Positions 49,668-64,000 of a stretch of 64,000 nucleotides of DNA are shown here, in pieces; the stretch's first letter is position 1, and every line of letters begins with the position of its first letter. Origin of the DNA: Octopus sinensis. Its lineage: Eukaryota. The stretch lies in the NCBI RefSeq assembly GCF_006345805.1, contig NC_043023.1, positions 17,174,001 to 17,238,000 of the forward strand, in the 5' to 3' direction. The notes below the pieces were generated by a model. It ran no database searches, was not told where the DNA came from, and worked only from the letters and a program-made list of their open reading frames with translations. Made by a program: the position numbers and the translations under genes.

Positions 49668-49680
49668 CTTTAAGGTTCAT
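49668..49680 (-). CDS. Leader coding exon 1 (MNLK-G) for copy C
   Basis: catgaaccttaaag|gtaagt, 1.3 kb upstream of exon 48404, in frame. Confidence 0.65.
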
Positions 49681-50503
49681 GACTGTTAGAGAGTTTGTTA
49701 AGTAAACTTCCCTTTTAAACCGGACATATCTCACTGGAAACAATATCTTCTGCCTTTTAATATTTCTTTTTTCCAGTTTCGATAAACAGGATTTCTTTTA
49801 TTCCTTTCTATTCTCTTCGTTCCGACAATTTAAGAATAAACTTAGGATATTTCACAGTTCAAGCTTCAAGAAGATGATATGTCCTTAAAACAATATCTTC
49901 AGATTATTTACTCTCTTATTAAGAAAGATGTACAACTTGAACCTTCGTTCCCTCTGACTCTAGAATTTGCCCGCAGGTTATTTCGCTTTTCTCAAATACG
50001 TTCGCAAACTTGGAGTCTTATATTGTTGTTGCTTTCTTTCCAAAATACTTTGCTTTCACGATTATTTATAAATTATCAGTTTCACTCTCAGCTTCGTTAC
50101 TTTTCCAATCAATGACCGCTTCTATTCACCCGTCTCCGCAACAATACCTCTTGAAACAAGCTGCCTGTATTTATAAGCTTAGCAATATATCGATAGCTTT
50201 CGATTAATTTGTTTTGCCTTTTGACCTGGATATATCATATTTAATGTTGTTGGATGAAGTGCGGTCAATCATAACAAGCAGAGATTTAAGAGCTTGAATT
50301 AATGAAGGCTTGTTCATGTTTGTATTTCGATGTCAAGCGGATATTCATAATGTCTTTCGAGAAAAGTATGGATGTTAACTAACAAACTTCACTGTTAGTA
50401 CTAAATTGATCTTCGATCGATAAATTGACCTTCGATCGATAAAGCTGCTAATAAAATATTAAAGTTGATTCACATTGACGTATCCTACAAACTTTACACA
50501 TAT

Positions 50504-51300
<797 letters not shown>

Positions 51301-52316
51301 ATATCACTCGTTAAAAAATAATAATCATGAATAACAAATAAAGTAGAATTAAAAGTCTAAAATGTTTTTGAAATGAAGGACAAATGAGAGAGGATTTGGG
51401 ATACAGTCAGCAGTTTCAGAGAAGTGTATGACCTCTTAGCGGAAGGCAGCTTGGAAATTTGACATTGAAGGTTGCTGTTGTTTAGCCACAGGTTTCATTG
51501 AGCCTCGATTGAGTAGTTCTTTCTTAGTCAGAGAATTGCAGCCATTATCATACCATATTCAGACCGTGTGTTATAAGAACCACATTATCCAAACGTTTTT
51601 TTTATAAACGGTGAAGCGTCTCGTATGATAAATATTTAGAGGAAATTATATTTTGAGCAACTGTTCAGAGATTAGTCTCCCTCCTTTGTATCTCTTATGA
51701 TAAAAGGCAGATTTTCTCTGCCTGTGACTATGTTTCTTTTTAATACAATTGTACAATATAGAATTTCTTCAATTGGAATTTACCTATGATTTTTCGAAGT
51801 AGATTCGATTGGGTCATGGCATATACCTTTTCAATTTCACCCCCAGTTAGCAAAAATTCGAGAAAACTCAATATTTTACGATTTTGCCTCTCTCATTTCA
51901 AATGCTTTACTCCTGCTATTACCACACTTTCTCCTACTTTCTCTTTGCAAGTGTATACCACTATCATATCCTCTTTCTGCAACTCTTATTCAACATCACA
52001 CATTCTGCTACTTTCTCTTATTGATGCTTAAACCAATCCTCAAAAAAAAAAAGGAAACAGAGATCTGTCGCTAACTTTTGGTAGTATTCGTTGTCGAACG
52101 TACTTCAGTTGTCAATTGTTGAAAGAAAGAAATTGTAAGCTAAGAAGGTGTATGTGTGTATGTGTGCATGCATGCGCGCGCGCGCGTGTGTGTGTGTAGG
52201 AAGTGAAGGATAAAAATATGGCAAGAACTGGACAGATGTACATATATATAATACATCCATACATATATAAATGTGTGTGTGTGTGTGTATGTATGTGTAT
52301 TAATGTGTGTGTGTTA

Positions 52317-52705
52317 TCTCTCTATATAAAGCTGAAGTTGTCCGTGTGCGGCAGGTTTGGTAGCCTTCAACTAACACTATCTCCTCTGAGACCCTGCGGC
52401 GAGAGTTGACCAAAATTGAGAGTATGATAGAAGATGGCTTGCTCTTCCTTCCGTACAAGATAAAATCAAAATCGGACCATGTTAACACCAAAAATTATTT
52501 ATATCAAAAAGGTGCTTTTTTCTATGAAAATCCCTATTTTTTACGATTTTTTCACTGCTATGTCGCCACTTTTCGGTGTATTTCAACCAGAAAAATGTTC
52601 ACTTGAAGAAAATAACAAGCTACATAATGCAAAAGTTTTACTTTTCAAAAATTCCAATTCTAAAGGGTAGAAACAAACCCGAGCAACGCCGGGCGATACT
52701 GCTTG
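52317..52705 (+). mobile_element. Non-autonomous Helitron (second subfamily)
   Basis: 5' TC, 3' hairpin cccgagcaacgccggg then CTTG; reverse-complement copy at 58606-58992. Confidence 0.75.
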
Positions 52706-52739
52706 TGTAATATAATAATGTATGCCGTACATTATTTTA

Positions 52740-52963
52740 TTACTCTTTTACGCTTTTACTATTTTACTTGTTTCCGTCATTTGACTGCAGCCATGCTGGA
52801 GCACAGCCTTTAGTCGAGCAAATCGACCTTAGGACTTATTCTTTGTAAGCCTAGTACTTATTCTATCGTTCTCTTTTGCCAAACCGTTAAGTTACGGGGA
52901 CGTAAACACACCAGCATCGGTTGTGAAGCGATGTTGGGGGGACATACAACCACACAAACACAC

Positions 52964-53038
<75 letters not shown>

Positions 53039-53198
53039 CATATATACGACGGGCTTCTTTCAGTTTTCGTCTACCAAATCCACTCACGAGGCTTTGGTCG
53101 GCCCGTGGCTATAGTAGAAGATAATTGCCCAAGGTGCCATGCAGTGGGACTGAACCCGGAACAATGTGGTAGGTAAGCAAGCTAATCACCTCACAGCT
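52740..53198 (-). mobile_element. tRNA-derived SINE
   Basis: Family match to 17700-18133. Confidence 0.85.
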
Positions 53199-53229
53199 AT
53201 ATATATATATATATAAACGTACAGAGGGA

Positions 53230-53265
53230 GACAGGTAGATAGACATATAGACAGACAGACAGACG

Positions 53266-53330
<65 letters not shown>

Positions 53331-53339
53331 GTACGTAGG

Positions 53340-53386
<47 letters not shown>

Positions 53387-53507
53387 GTAGGTAGGTAGGT
53401 AGGTAGGTAGGTAGGTAGGTAGATGGATAGATAGATAGATATGTAGGTGGTAGGTAGGTAGGTAGGTAGGTAGGTAGGTAGGTAGATGGATAGATAGACA
53501 GACAGAC

Positions 53508-53576
<69 letters not shown>

Positions 53577-53590
53577 CGTAGGTAGGTAGA
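53230..53590. repeat. (GATA)n/(GGTA)n microsatellite
   Basis: Directly visible. Confidence 0.95.
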
Positions 53591-54854
53591 TATGTGCGCG
53601 CGTGTGTCTGAGACGGGTTTCTTTCAGTTTTCGTCAATCATACATACATTCGCAAGGGTTTTGTCGGCTCAGTTTTAAACTAAATTGCCCCTGCGGCTGG
53701 TGCCACGCAGTGGGACAGAACCCGGAACTATGTGGTTGGAAAGCAAACCTCTTATTGTACAGGAACACCTGCACCTAAAATCAGTGCCATTCCTGTGACG
53801 GGAATGGAACCCGTGACGCTTGGATAACAGCCAGGAATCCTAACTTCTATATCCTTAAATATTACTCATTATCTGAAATATAACTATTTTTACACTGGTA
53901 GAAAATCAGGATTTTTCTTAAGCAAAGATATAAGATTGATTCGATGTTACTTAAGCTTCGTTTTCTCATTTCGTTGATAACGAAAGTGAAAGTCGAATAG
54001 AGAATACGTAGTGGAATTTTAATTCGAGAGAGGCTCATTGATTCTCTCATTCACAGCTCTTTGTCTAAAAATGATTTCTTTTATAGACGTAAGAAACATA
54101 CGAGACACATAGACGTAGTACAATATCCGCCAAATGGGATTCTAAAGAGAATGTAAAGATACGTGACTGAATACTAAAGATATTTTATCAGTCGATTCAT
54201 GATTTCTACAAATCCATCCATGTCCTTTCCGTTCTCTGTGGAAATGAGAAATAATAACTGTAAACCGAATGTAACGAAAGCACAAGTCAGTTACAGTATT
54301 CTAGATTATAGAATTATAAAATTAATTCCAGTAATAATCTCTTTTTGTTGATTCATATTGTATGCCTCTTGTATGAATAAAATACTTACTCTATCAGGTC
54401 TAGTCAGAATCCAGACCTGATAGAGAAAAACTGGAGTAAGTTTTGAATTTAACAGGCAAAATCATTTGGAATTCATTGAAATATTCCAGGCACCAGACAA
54501 GAAAAAATTTGCCCAGTGTTATTTATTTTAATATTCAACAGCTCGCTAATCACTATCCCAAGACTTTTACCCTATTTTCATATCTATTTCTTTATTTTAA
54601 ATCTGTCTATCTACATTAAATCCTAAATAACGGCAGAATTCGAAATCAGAACGTTAAGTTTCAAGACAGAATCGATCCATGATTTCCAGAAATCCATCTT
54701 CGTCCTTTCCATTCTCATTGGAAGTGGAAAATGAAAATGGTAAACCGAATGTAATAAAAGCACAAGTCAGCTACAGTATTTTATATCATAGAATTATAAA
54801 AACAATTTCAGTAATTATCTCTCTTTTCATTCTTAATATTATTAATTCACTTAC

Positions 54855-54867
54855 CTTTAAGGTTCAT
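54855..54867 (-). CDS. Third leader coding exon 1 (MNLK-G); flanks most similar to the copy A leader
   Basis: catgaaccttaaag|gtaagt within the duplicated block 54160-55530. Confidence 0.55.
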
Positions 54868-56139
54868 GACTGTTTCAGGGTTGTTAAGTAAACTTGACTT
54901 TTAGTTGCAAAATCGACCAACAAGACGTGTCTCACTGCAAACAATAAGCTTCTGCCTTTTAATGTTCCCTTTTCCTAGTCTCGATAAACAAGCTTTCTTT
55001 TATTTATTCCTGTTCTCTTCGTTCTGATAATTTAAGAATAAATTCAGGATATTTCACAGTTGATCTCTTTTTGCATTGGCTTCTAAAAGACAATGTCTTT
55101 AAAACAATCTCTCCCGAGTTCTTCCACTCTTATAAAATCGATGGCTAACTTGAACTTTTTTTTTCTCCTACTCCAGAAGTCGTCGCGAGGTAATTTCACT
55201 TTTCGTTAAATAAGTTCTTAAATTCCAGGTCTTATATTCGTTTGTCTTTCTCTCCAGAATGCTTTGCTCTTCAGAAGGTAAGTAAATTATCAGTTTTACC
55301 CGTAGCTTTGTTAGGTTATCAACAGCAACTGTTTCTATCCATCGATCTTAGCAAATAAATCGCATGAAACAAGTCGACTGCGTTTGTATGCATGGTGAGC
55401 GAAACGATTTTATTTTAACTTGGCAATATAGCGATGGCTTTAAATTTTTCATTATGCACTAGATAAATTACACTTAATGCCCTCGAAAAAAACTGTGGTC
55501 AATGAGTACAGGACGAGAATCCAAATCTTATTGAAATGAAGCCATGCTTTGGATTGTATTTCGATTTAAGGTAAAAGTTGATGATGTTCACCTAGAAAGG
55601 AATGAATGCTACGAATTCCTCTTTGAATTAGGAAACAAAATTCTTTCAATATTTAGTGTAATCCAGCGTTGTGAGTTCGGATTTGGCCAAGATTACATTC
55701 ACTGTTAATGCCAGATTTGACATCGACTGAAACAAGTACAAGAGTACAAGATATATGTGTGTATGTGTATGTGTGTGTGTGTGTGTATAAATGAATATAT
55801 AAGTATACGTCTGTCTTCTTTTTACTTATGTAAACTATGGTTATTTAAGCGCGTAAAAATATTCATACTACATTACCTTTTGAGAAAATAAAAAAAATAT
55901 TTACTTCTAACAAATAAATCAATATACTGTTGATTAACCTCTAGTTTTCTTTCACAAACAGAAGCTAGGGGTTATCAATATTTCCCTTTGTAAAGCGTCG
56001 TGCTGTCTGAATCGTTGCCGCGCACGTGCAAAATTGTCAGCGGCATTACATCTGCCTAAAGTTCTGAGTTCAATTACACCACGGTCAGCTTTATCTTTTA
56101 TCTTATCGGGGGTCGATAAAATAAGCAGCACCACTTGAA

Positions 56140-56931
56140 CACTAGTATCGATGTAATCGACTTAAACCTCCACTGAAATTGCTGTCTTTGTGCCACAAGT
56201 TGAATAAAATTATTGAATTGGTTTTTGTCTCAACGTATCAAAGAGTCACCGGATATTTCTTGTTTGAACTTGTAACTTCTGTTAAATCAATCAGCCTTTA
56301 CAATTATTCACTCTTAATATTCACTTTACTGGAGAGCGTCGTAGCTAGGCTTTAAAAGGGCGCATTTGTTTGTGGAGGCGCAATGGCCCAGTGGTTAGGG
56401 CAGCGGAGTCGCGGTCAGACGATCGCGGTTTCGATTCCCAGACCGAGCTTTGTATGTGTTTATTGAGCGAAAACACATAAAAGCTCCACGAGGCTCCGGC
56501 AGTGGGTGGTGGCGACCCCTGTTGTACTCTTTCGTCACAACTTTCTCCCACTCTCTCTTCCTGTTTCTTGAGTAACGCTGCGATGGACTGGCGTCCCGTC
56601 CAGCTGAGGGGAACACATACGCCATAGAAACCGGGAAACCGGGCCCATGAGCCTGGCTAGGGTTGAAAAGTGCGAAGAAAGAAGAAAAGACATATAGGAA
56701 AACAAAACATCAGAACACAGGACCTGGCGTCAGTCCTGCTTCTCCTCAGCTCAAAGATTTGAGCATGTCGACTACAACATCGGGGCCAACATCGTGCATG
56801 CATGAAGGCATGGTTGGCAAAATGCTGCTCCTCTAAATGGAAACCCTATCATTGTGGTTTCGTGGCACGAAGCAAAGCAGGCCTTTTACTCGTTTCAGTC
56901 ACAATGCGATTCGCATTGTTTTAGCCTCCGA
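56140..56931. repeat. Left arm of a ~0.8-kb inverted duplication (partner 63199-64000)
   Basis: Reverse-complement match includes unique sequence and an embedded SINE. Confidence 0.9.
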
Positions 56932-56934
56932 CTT

Positions 56935-57620
56935 CCTGAGAATGGCTGGGCACAGGTACCCGGTGATACTCGAGGGGACGCCCCCCAAGTGTCACCTGTG
57001 CCTGAAGCCCGACATATCAAGAGGAATTGTCCCGGGGCCGTGGTGGTGCCCCGGAGCATGAAGGGGAAAAGGCGCCGCCGCCCCCTCATTGGAGGGGGAG
57101 ACGGTGGACGTCGTGGAGGAGGTTGCCTCCACGACGAAAGAAAGAGACAGGCGAGCAACAATGGCTGCTCGCCAAAGAACGCTCAGGTGGCGGAGCGGAT
57201 AGCGATCCCCCGTGTCTGGTGACGGAGTCCCTGGGTCAGTAGTCTCCCCAAAAGAAGGAGGAGAAAAAGAAAGAAGGTCGGGCGGCTGATATCCATGAGC
57301 CGCAGACGTTGGCGGAACTGTGCCCCCAACGAAAGAACTGAACGTATTGGTCCTCTTCTATAGAGGAGGAGAAATTGGAAAAAAATGATGGAAGAGTAGT
57401 ACCACAAGGGAGCTCCTTTAGCCTTCACACAGGACCCCCGAATGGCCTCCGCAGATAGCTGTGGAGGCCGTGGCGTTCGACGTGACGCTTGGGCTAAAGG
57501 AGCTCAATGAAGATTATAGCTTGGTCCCGGCGACGCGAACTCGGAACTTGATTACGTTCTGAGGGAGGTGTATGATGGTGGAGGCGCGGGCACAAGCTAT
57601 TTCGAGGACGATATGTAATT
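56935..57620 (+). mobile_element. Degenerate gag-like/LINE ORF1 fragment with a CCHC zinc knuckle
   Basis: PVILEGTPPKCHLCLK..HIKRNCP across a frameshift; GC-rich island. Confidence 0.55.
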
Positions 57621-57934
57621 ATTGAACTGTTAGTATCAATAATGGACTGCTAAGTCCAAAAATTGGAAAATTGAAGGAGGTTTAATAGCTCGTTTTGCAT
57701 TTTTATTAATAATAGACTGCTAAGTCCAAAAATTGGAAAAATTGTAAGAGGTTTAATACCTCGTTTTGTGTTTATCTTTAAAAAGAACAATGTTTTAGAG
57801 AAGCGAAAGTCGGCGGGCGCTTTTTGTCTTCTCCCATCATTATCATCTGTCTTTCATTATCATTCACTTCATTAATGTCCTCGTCCAGCCCGCAAAGCTA
57901 ACTTAATTTGTGTACTGCCTTTATGGCAAATGTT

Positions 57935-58080
57935 TTGAAATAAAGTAGCTTCCTAACCAACCACATGGTTCCTGGTTCACTCCCACTGCGTGGCACCTTG
58001 GGCAAGTGTCTTCTACTATAGCCTCGGGCCGACCAAAGCCTTGTGAGTGGATTTGGTAGACGGAAATTGAAAGAATCCCG

Positions 58081-58140
<60 letters not shown>

Positions 58141-58370
58141 ATGTGTGTGTGTGTGTATGTTCGTGTATTTGTGTTTGTCACCCTAGTATTGCTTGAGAAC
58201 CGATGCTGGTGTGTATATATCCCCGTCACTTAGCGGTTCAGCAAAAGATACCAGTAGATTAAGTACTGGGCTTACAAAGAATAAGTCCCGGGGTAGAATT
58301 GCGCGATTAAAGGCGGTGCTCCAGCAGGGCCGCATTCAACTGACTGAAACAAGTAAAAGAGTAAAAGAAA
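57935..58370 (+). mobile_element. tRNA-derived SINE, 5'-clipped
   Basis: Family match. Confidence 0.8.
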
Positions 58371-58605
58371 GTTGTAAACAATCACTACAATCGACAATGT
58401 CCAGCAATGAATAGGTTAAAAGATATATTGTTCGTGATTTCGCTTCATGTATTATAAACAAAGCCAATAAGGCCACAACACGATGGTCACGCTCAATACA
58501 CCACGCATACGCTAACCCACTACATTGATCTTACATGAAACATCACGAGACATGTACGCATAATCAATCGATGACAAAATAAACCAGTCATTGATTTATT
58601 ATGCA

Positions 58606-59630
58606 CTAGCAGTATCGCCCGGCGTTGCTCGGGTTTGTTTCGACTCTTTAGAATTAGAATTTTTGAAAAGTAAAAGTTTTTCATTCTGTAGCTTGTTATT
58701 CTCTTTAAGTGAACATTTTTCTGGTTGAAATACACCGAAAAATGGTGACACAGCAGTCAAAAAATCGTAAAAAATAGGGATTTTCATAGAAAAAAAGCAC
58801 CTTTTTTATGTAAATAATTTTTGGTGTTAACATGGTCCGATTTGAATTTTTTCTTCTACAGAATGAAGAGCAAGCCTTCTTCTATCATACTCTCAATTTT
58901 GGTCAACTTGTGCCACAGGGTCTCAGAGGAGATAGTGTTAGTTGAAGGCTACCAAACCTGCCATACACAGACAACTTCAGCTTTATATATATACTAGCAG
59001 TATCGCCCGGCGTTGCTCGGGTTTGTAAGGGAAATAACTATATAAGCATTTTTAGAGAGTTATAGCCAAAAATAGCCAAAAATGCATTAAAAATGGAAAA
59101 AATATGATGGTAAATTTTTTTTTAAATCGTTGACTCATCGTAGACATTTTTAGAGAGTTACTTCCCTTATATAATAGCGAAAAAATGCATTAAAATGGAA
59201 AAAAAAACGATGGTAATTTTTTTTTTAAATCGTAGACTCATGTAGACGCTTTCTTAGCCATTTCTGTTTTGGTGTTTTCAAGCCATGAAGTCGTTGTTCT
59301 AAAAGAACGCTGGTCTCCTTGACAACGCATTACGACGTTGATTTCCTTACACCCCCTTCCCCACAGGTGCAGGTGTGAGCGTGGACGCCAACTCCGCCGC
59401 CATCGACACACGAAAAATTATGCATTAAAATGGAATAAAAAATTATGTTAAATTATTTTTAAAATCGTAGACTCATCGTAGACGCGCCCTAATACTCAGA
59501 CGGGCTTGATATGAATCACGACTATAAGCTACCCGAATTTGGTTAAACTGCACCGTAAAATGTGGGAGTAGTTAGGAATCTAAATCGAAGGGGACAGACA
59601 CTCACACAACTACAGTTTTATATATATAGA
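58606..59630 (-). mobile_element. Head-to-tail tandem of two non-autonomous Helitrons (58994-59630 and 58606-58992)
   Basis: Two ctagcagtatcgcccggcgttgctcggg ends; matches the elements at 38968 and 52317. Confidence 0.8.
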
Positions 59631-59699
59631 TATACATAGCGCAGTAGTGGTGAGATGTGACAGCAAAGAAAAGCATACATTCACTCTCTGCATGCAATT

Positions 59700-60240
59700 A
59701 GACTCGGAAAGTTCGTGAGGAACGCATTGGACCCAATTTGCTGACTTTTCCGATAGCACACAGGTTCTCAATGAATGGTTGAATGACCAAATCCAAGCTT
59801 CTCTGCTAGTTCCTCAACAGTTACGATGAGATTTTGTTCCACCAGGGTTTTCAGGATGTCCTTGTCGAGTTCTACAGATCTTTCAGGATGAAGCTCGTCT
59901 TCTAGGCTGTAGTTAGTTTGGGCTCGGAATTTCTGGAACCACCATTGACACTGCCTTACGCTTATTGTCCAATCCCCATATACTGCATTAATATTTCTTG
60001 TACTTTCCGTTGCGTTGTTGTCTTTATTGAACTCATAAAGCAAAATATGCCAAATATGCTCCTTTGTTACTTCCAATATAGCTTTGAAAAAAATAGCTGA
60101 AAATCGAACTGCACTCTTCAAAACTTGCACTATGAATAAGGACAAGATAAAATTACTACCTGCTTTTATAGCAAGTTAATATAAGTAGTTTATCCATTTC
60201 CCCTTGACTTTTAGTTCAAGCTGTTGAAAAAACCGCATTA
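59700..60240 (-). mobile_element. Mariner transposase N-terminal fragment (HTH domains)
   Basis: ORF 59768-60145: HILLYEFNK..NATE..RNINAVYG...S.RQCQ.WFQKFR...SLED...R, a Mos1/SETMAR-like HTH. Confidence 0.85.
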
Positions 60241-60539
60241 TTATATATTATACATACATACATACATACATATAACACACACTCTCTCTCTCACACACAT
60301 GCACACATTTATATTCTGTTATTCTTTATATGTTTCAGCCTTGAGGTTGGGGCCATGCTGGATCAGTGTGTGTGTGTGTGTGTCTATCTGACTGTCTGTC
60401 TGTGTGATATATGTATATGTATGTGTGTGAACAATAATATTTTCAACAGATGTGTTGCAAATGTATCTGATTGTTCTCAAGCTTCAATACTGTGGGTGGG
60501 TATGTGTGTGTGTGTATGTATGTATGTAATGTATGTATG

Positions 60540-60570
<31 letters not shown>

Positions 60571-61299
60571 GTATGTATGTATGTGTCTGTGTGTATGTAT
60601 GTATGTGTGTGTGTATGTGTGTGCGTATGTATGTATGTATGTATGTATGTATGTATGTATGTATGTATGTATGTATGTATGTATGTATGAGTGTATGTTT
60701 ACTTTATTACTAACACAAGCCACTACGGTTATTTAATGTAAAGTCTTCCTCAAATCACTCTCTGTCGCTATTTACTCTCTTCCAAGAAAATTTTCACTCA
60801 CTCTTATGTGTTAGCTTCCCATACATTTTACTCATGTATCTATCAGCGTCATAGACAGAAACAAATATTACATCTAGTTTCACTTTATTCGTTGCCCATG
60901 TGTGGTGCGTTTGCGTGTGGTTGTAAACCAACTAAGAAAAGCATTTGACACACACACCAGAATGTGAGTTTTCTGCAAATTTTGCTTAATTGGAGTTTAA
61001 ATTTTAAAAAACTGGACCTGGCATGACGCGATGCATTCTACTCTCAAAAATGCTAGGTAAATTGTAATTGAAGAAATCCTATATTGTAGATTTCTATAAC
61101 TCCCAAAGGGAGGCAGATAAAATCTGCCTTTTATAATAAGAGATACACAGCATTCCCTTTTTGTAATATACATATATATATATATATATTATATATATAT
61201 ATATATTATATATATTATATATATATATATATATATATTATTATAAATATACATTATATATACATATATATATATATACATAATATATATATTATATAC

Positions 61300-61692
61300 T
61301 CTTTTACTCATTTACTTGTTTCAGTCATTTGACGCGGCCATGCTGGAGCACTGCCTTTAGTCGAGCAAATCGACCCCGGGACTTATTCTTTGTAAGCCCA
61401 GTACTTATTCTATCGGTCTCTTTTGCCGAACGGCTAAGTGACGGGGACGTAAACACACCAGCATCGGATGTCAAGCAATGCTATGGGGACAAACACGCAA
61501 ACATACACATATATACATATATATACATATATACGACAGGCTTCTTTCAGTTTCCGTCTACCAAATCCACTCACAAGGTATTGGTCGGCCCGGGGCTATA
61601 GCAGAAGACACTTGCCCAAGATGCCACACAGTGGGACTGAACCCGGAACCATGTGGTTGGTTAGCAAGCTACTTACCACACAGCCACTCCTG
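61300..61692 (-). mobile_element. tRNA-derived SINE
   Basis: Family match. Confidence 0.85.
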
Positions 61693-61970
61693 TATATATA
61701 ATATATATATTATATATACATATGCAATAATATATATATATATAATATATTATATATATATATACATATATATATATAATATATATATATATATATAATA
61801 TATATACATATATATATATATATAATATATATATATATTGTATATATATTATATATATACATATATAATATATATACATATATATATATATTATATATAC
61901 ATATATATATTATATATATATATACATATATATATACATATATATATATTAATATATATATTATATTATA

Positions 61971-62010
<40 letters not shown>

Positions 62011-62030
62011 ATATATACATAAACAGCGAA

Positions 62031-62296
62031 GGCGCGTGGCTTAGTGGTTAGGGCATTCGGCTCACGATTGTAAGTTCGTGAGCTCGATTCCCGGCGACGC
62101 GTTGTGTCCTTGAGCAAGACACTTTATTTCGCGTTGCTCCAGTCCACTCAGCTGGCAAAAATGAATTGTACCTGTATTTCAAAGGACCGACCTTGTCACA
62201 CTTTCTGTCACGCTGAATCTCCCTGAGAACTACGTTAGGGGTACGCGTGTCTGTGGATTGCTCAGTCACTTGCACGTTAATTTCACGAGCAGGTGC
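62031..62296 (+). mobile_element. tRNA-derived SINE (third family)
   Basis: ggcgcgtggcttagtggttagggcattcggctcacga...gagctcgattcccg tRNA-like head with a SINE body. Confidence 0.75.
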
Positions 62297-62305
62297 TCCT
62301 AACAC

Positions 62306-62341
<36 letters not shown>

Positions 62342-62398
62342 TATATATTATATATATATATATATTATACAACTATATATATATTAAATATATATATA

Positions 62399-62561
62399 GG
62401 CGCAGGAGTGGCTGTGTGGCAAGTAGCTTGTATACCAACCACATGGTTCCGGGTTCAGTCCCACTGCGTGGCACCTTGGGCAAGTGTCTTCTACTTTAGC
62501 CCCAGGCCGATCAAAGCCTTGTGAGTGGATTTGGTAGAGGGAAACTGAAAAGAAGCCCGTC

Positions 62562-62615
<54 letters not shown>

Positions 62616-62828
62616 GTGTGTGTGTGTTTGTGTGTCTGTGTTTGTCCCCCTAGCATTGCTTGACAACCGATGCTGGTGTGTTTTTATTCCCGTTACTTAG
62701 CGGTTCGGCAAAAGAGACTGATAGAATAAGTACTGGGCTTACAAAAAATAGGTCCCGGAGTCGAATTGCTCGATTAAAGGCGGTGCTCCAACATGGCAGC
62801 AGTCAACTGACTGAAACAAGTAAAAGAG
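62399..62828 (+). mobile_element. tRNA-derived SINE
   Basis: Family match. Confidence 0.85.
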
Positions 62829-62944
62829 TATATATTATATATACTATATATATATTATATATACACATATATATATATATGCATATATATATATATATAC
62901 ATATATATATACATATATATATATATACATATATATACATGTAT

Positions 62945-63001
<57 letters not shown>

Positions 63002-63198
63002 TACATACATATATATGTTTCGATTCCGGTTTCGATTCCCAGACCGGGCGTTGTGAGTGTTTATTGAGCGAAAACATCTAAAGCTCCACGATGCTCCAGC
63101 AGTGGGTGGTGGCGATCCCTACAGTACTTTTTCGCCGCAACTTTCCCTCACTCTTTCTTCTGTTGGCCTATTCGCTTAGCCGGCGGGGTGGCGTCGTT

Positions 63199-64000
63199 CG
63201 GAGGCTAAAACAATGCGAATCGCATTGTGACTGAAACGAGTAAAAAGTAAGGCCTGCTTTGCTTCGTGCCACGAAACCACAATGACAGGGTTTCCATTTA
63301 GAGGAGCAGCATTTTGCCAACCATGCCTTCATGCATGCACGATGTTGGCCCCGATGTTGTAGTCGACATGCTCAAATCTTTGAGCTGAGGAGAAGCAGGA
63401 CTGACGCCAGGTCCTGTGTTCTGATGTTTTGTTTTCCTATATGTCTTTTCTTCTTTCTTCGCCCTTTTCAACCCTAGCCAGGCTCATGGGCCCGGTTTCC
63501 CGGTTTCTATGGCGTATGTGTTCCCCACCCCAGCTGGACGGGACGCCAGTCCATCGCAGCATTACTCAAGAAACAGGAAGAGAGAGTGAGAGAAAGTTGT
63601 GGCGAAAGAGTACAACAGGGGTCGCCACCACCCACTGCCGGAGCCTCGTGGAGCTTTTATGTGTTTTCGCTCAATAAACACACACAAAGTTCGGTCTGGG
63701 AATCGAAATCGCGATCCTCTGACCGCGTGTCCGCTACCCTAAAAGCAGGGCCAGTGCACCTCCGCAAACAAATGCGCCCTTTTAAAGCCTAGCTACGACG
63801 CTCACGAATTAAGAGAATACTAAGAATGAATAATTATAAATGCTGATTGATTTAACAGAAGTTACAAGTTCAAACAAGAAATATCCGGTGACTCTTTGAA
63901 ACGTCGAGACATAAACCAAATAAATAATTTTATTCAACTTTTGTCACAAGGCCAGCAATTTCAGTGGAGGTTTAAGTCGATTACATCGATACTAGTGCTC
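63199..64000. repeat. Right arm of the inverted duplication (partner 56140-56931); may extend beyond the window
   Basis: Reverse-complement match. Confidence 0.9.

Noticed and set aside
62031-62105. tRNA-like sequence (also 56376-56445, 46500-46578 and other SINE heads)
   Set aside because: The tRNA-like heads continue into SINE bodies and do not close a proper acceptor stem.

Overview
Eukaryotic, AT-rich and very repeat-dense genomic DNA with one 100-N assembly gap. The tRNA-derived SINE families and microsatellite load resemble Octopus/cephalopod DNA (inference from recalled repeat families, not a search). The only host gene content I can support is a minus-strand tandem cluster of three paralogous, intron-split modules encoding a small secreted protein: leader MNLKG, signal peptide, PAN/Apple-like Cys-rich domain, then a Trp-rich C-terminal domain of unknown function. 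I rebuilt the exons by hand from GT/AG sites and phase. There are three leader exons, three PAN exons and three 92-nt exons, but only one complete set of 3' exons inside the window; copy A runs off the left edge. Copy B has a mutated splice donor, copy A has a 1-nt frameshift, and copy C has no 3' exons of its own. The remainder is mobile DNA: two RTE LINEs (one near full length, one with a precise twin-priming-type 5' inversion), fragments of Tx1/L1, CR1, R4/Dong, Penelope, Gypsy, mariner, Tc1 and possibly piggyBac, non-autonomous Helitrons and many SINEs. Palindromic repeats carry minimal type I hammerhead ribozyme motifs in both polarities. Most ORFs in the supplied track are microsatellite artefacts.
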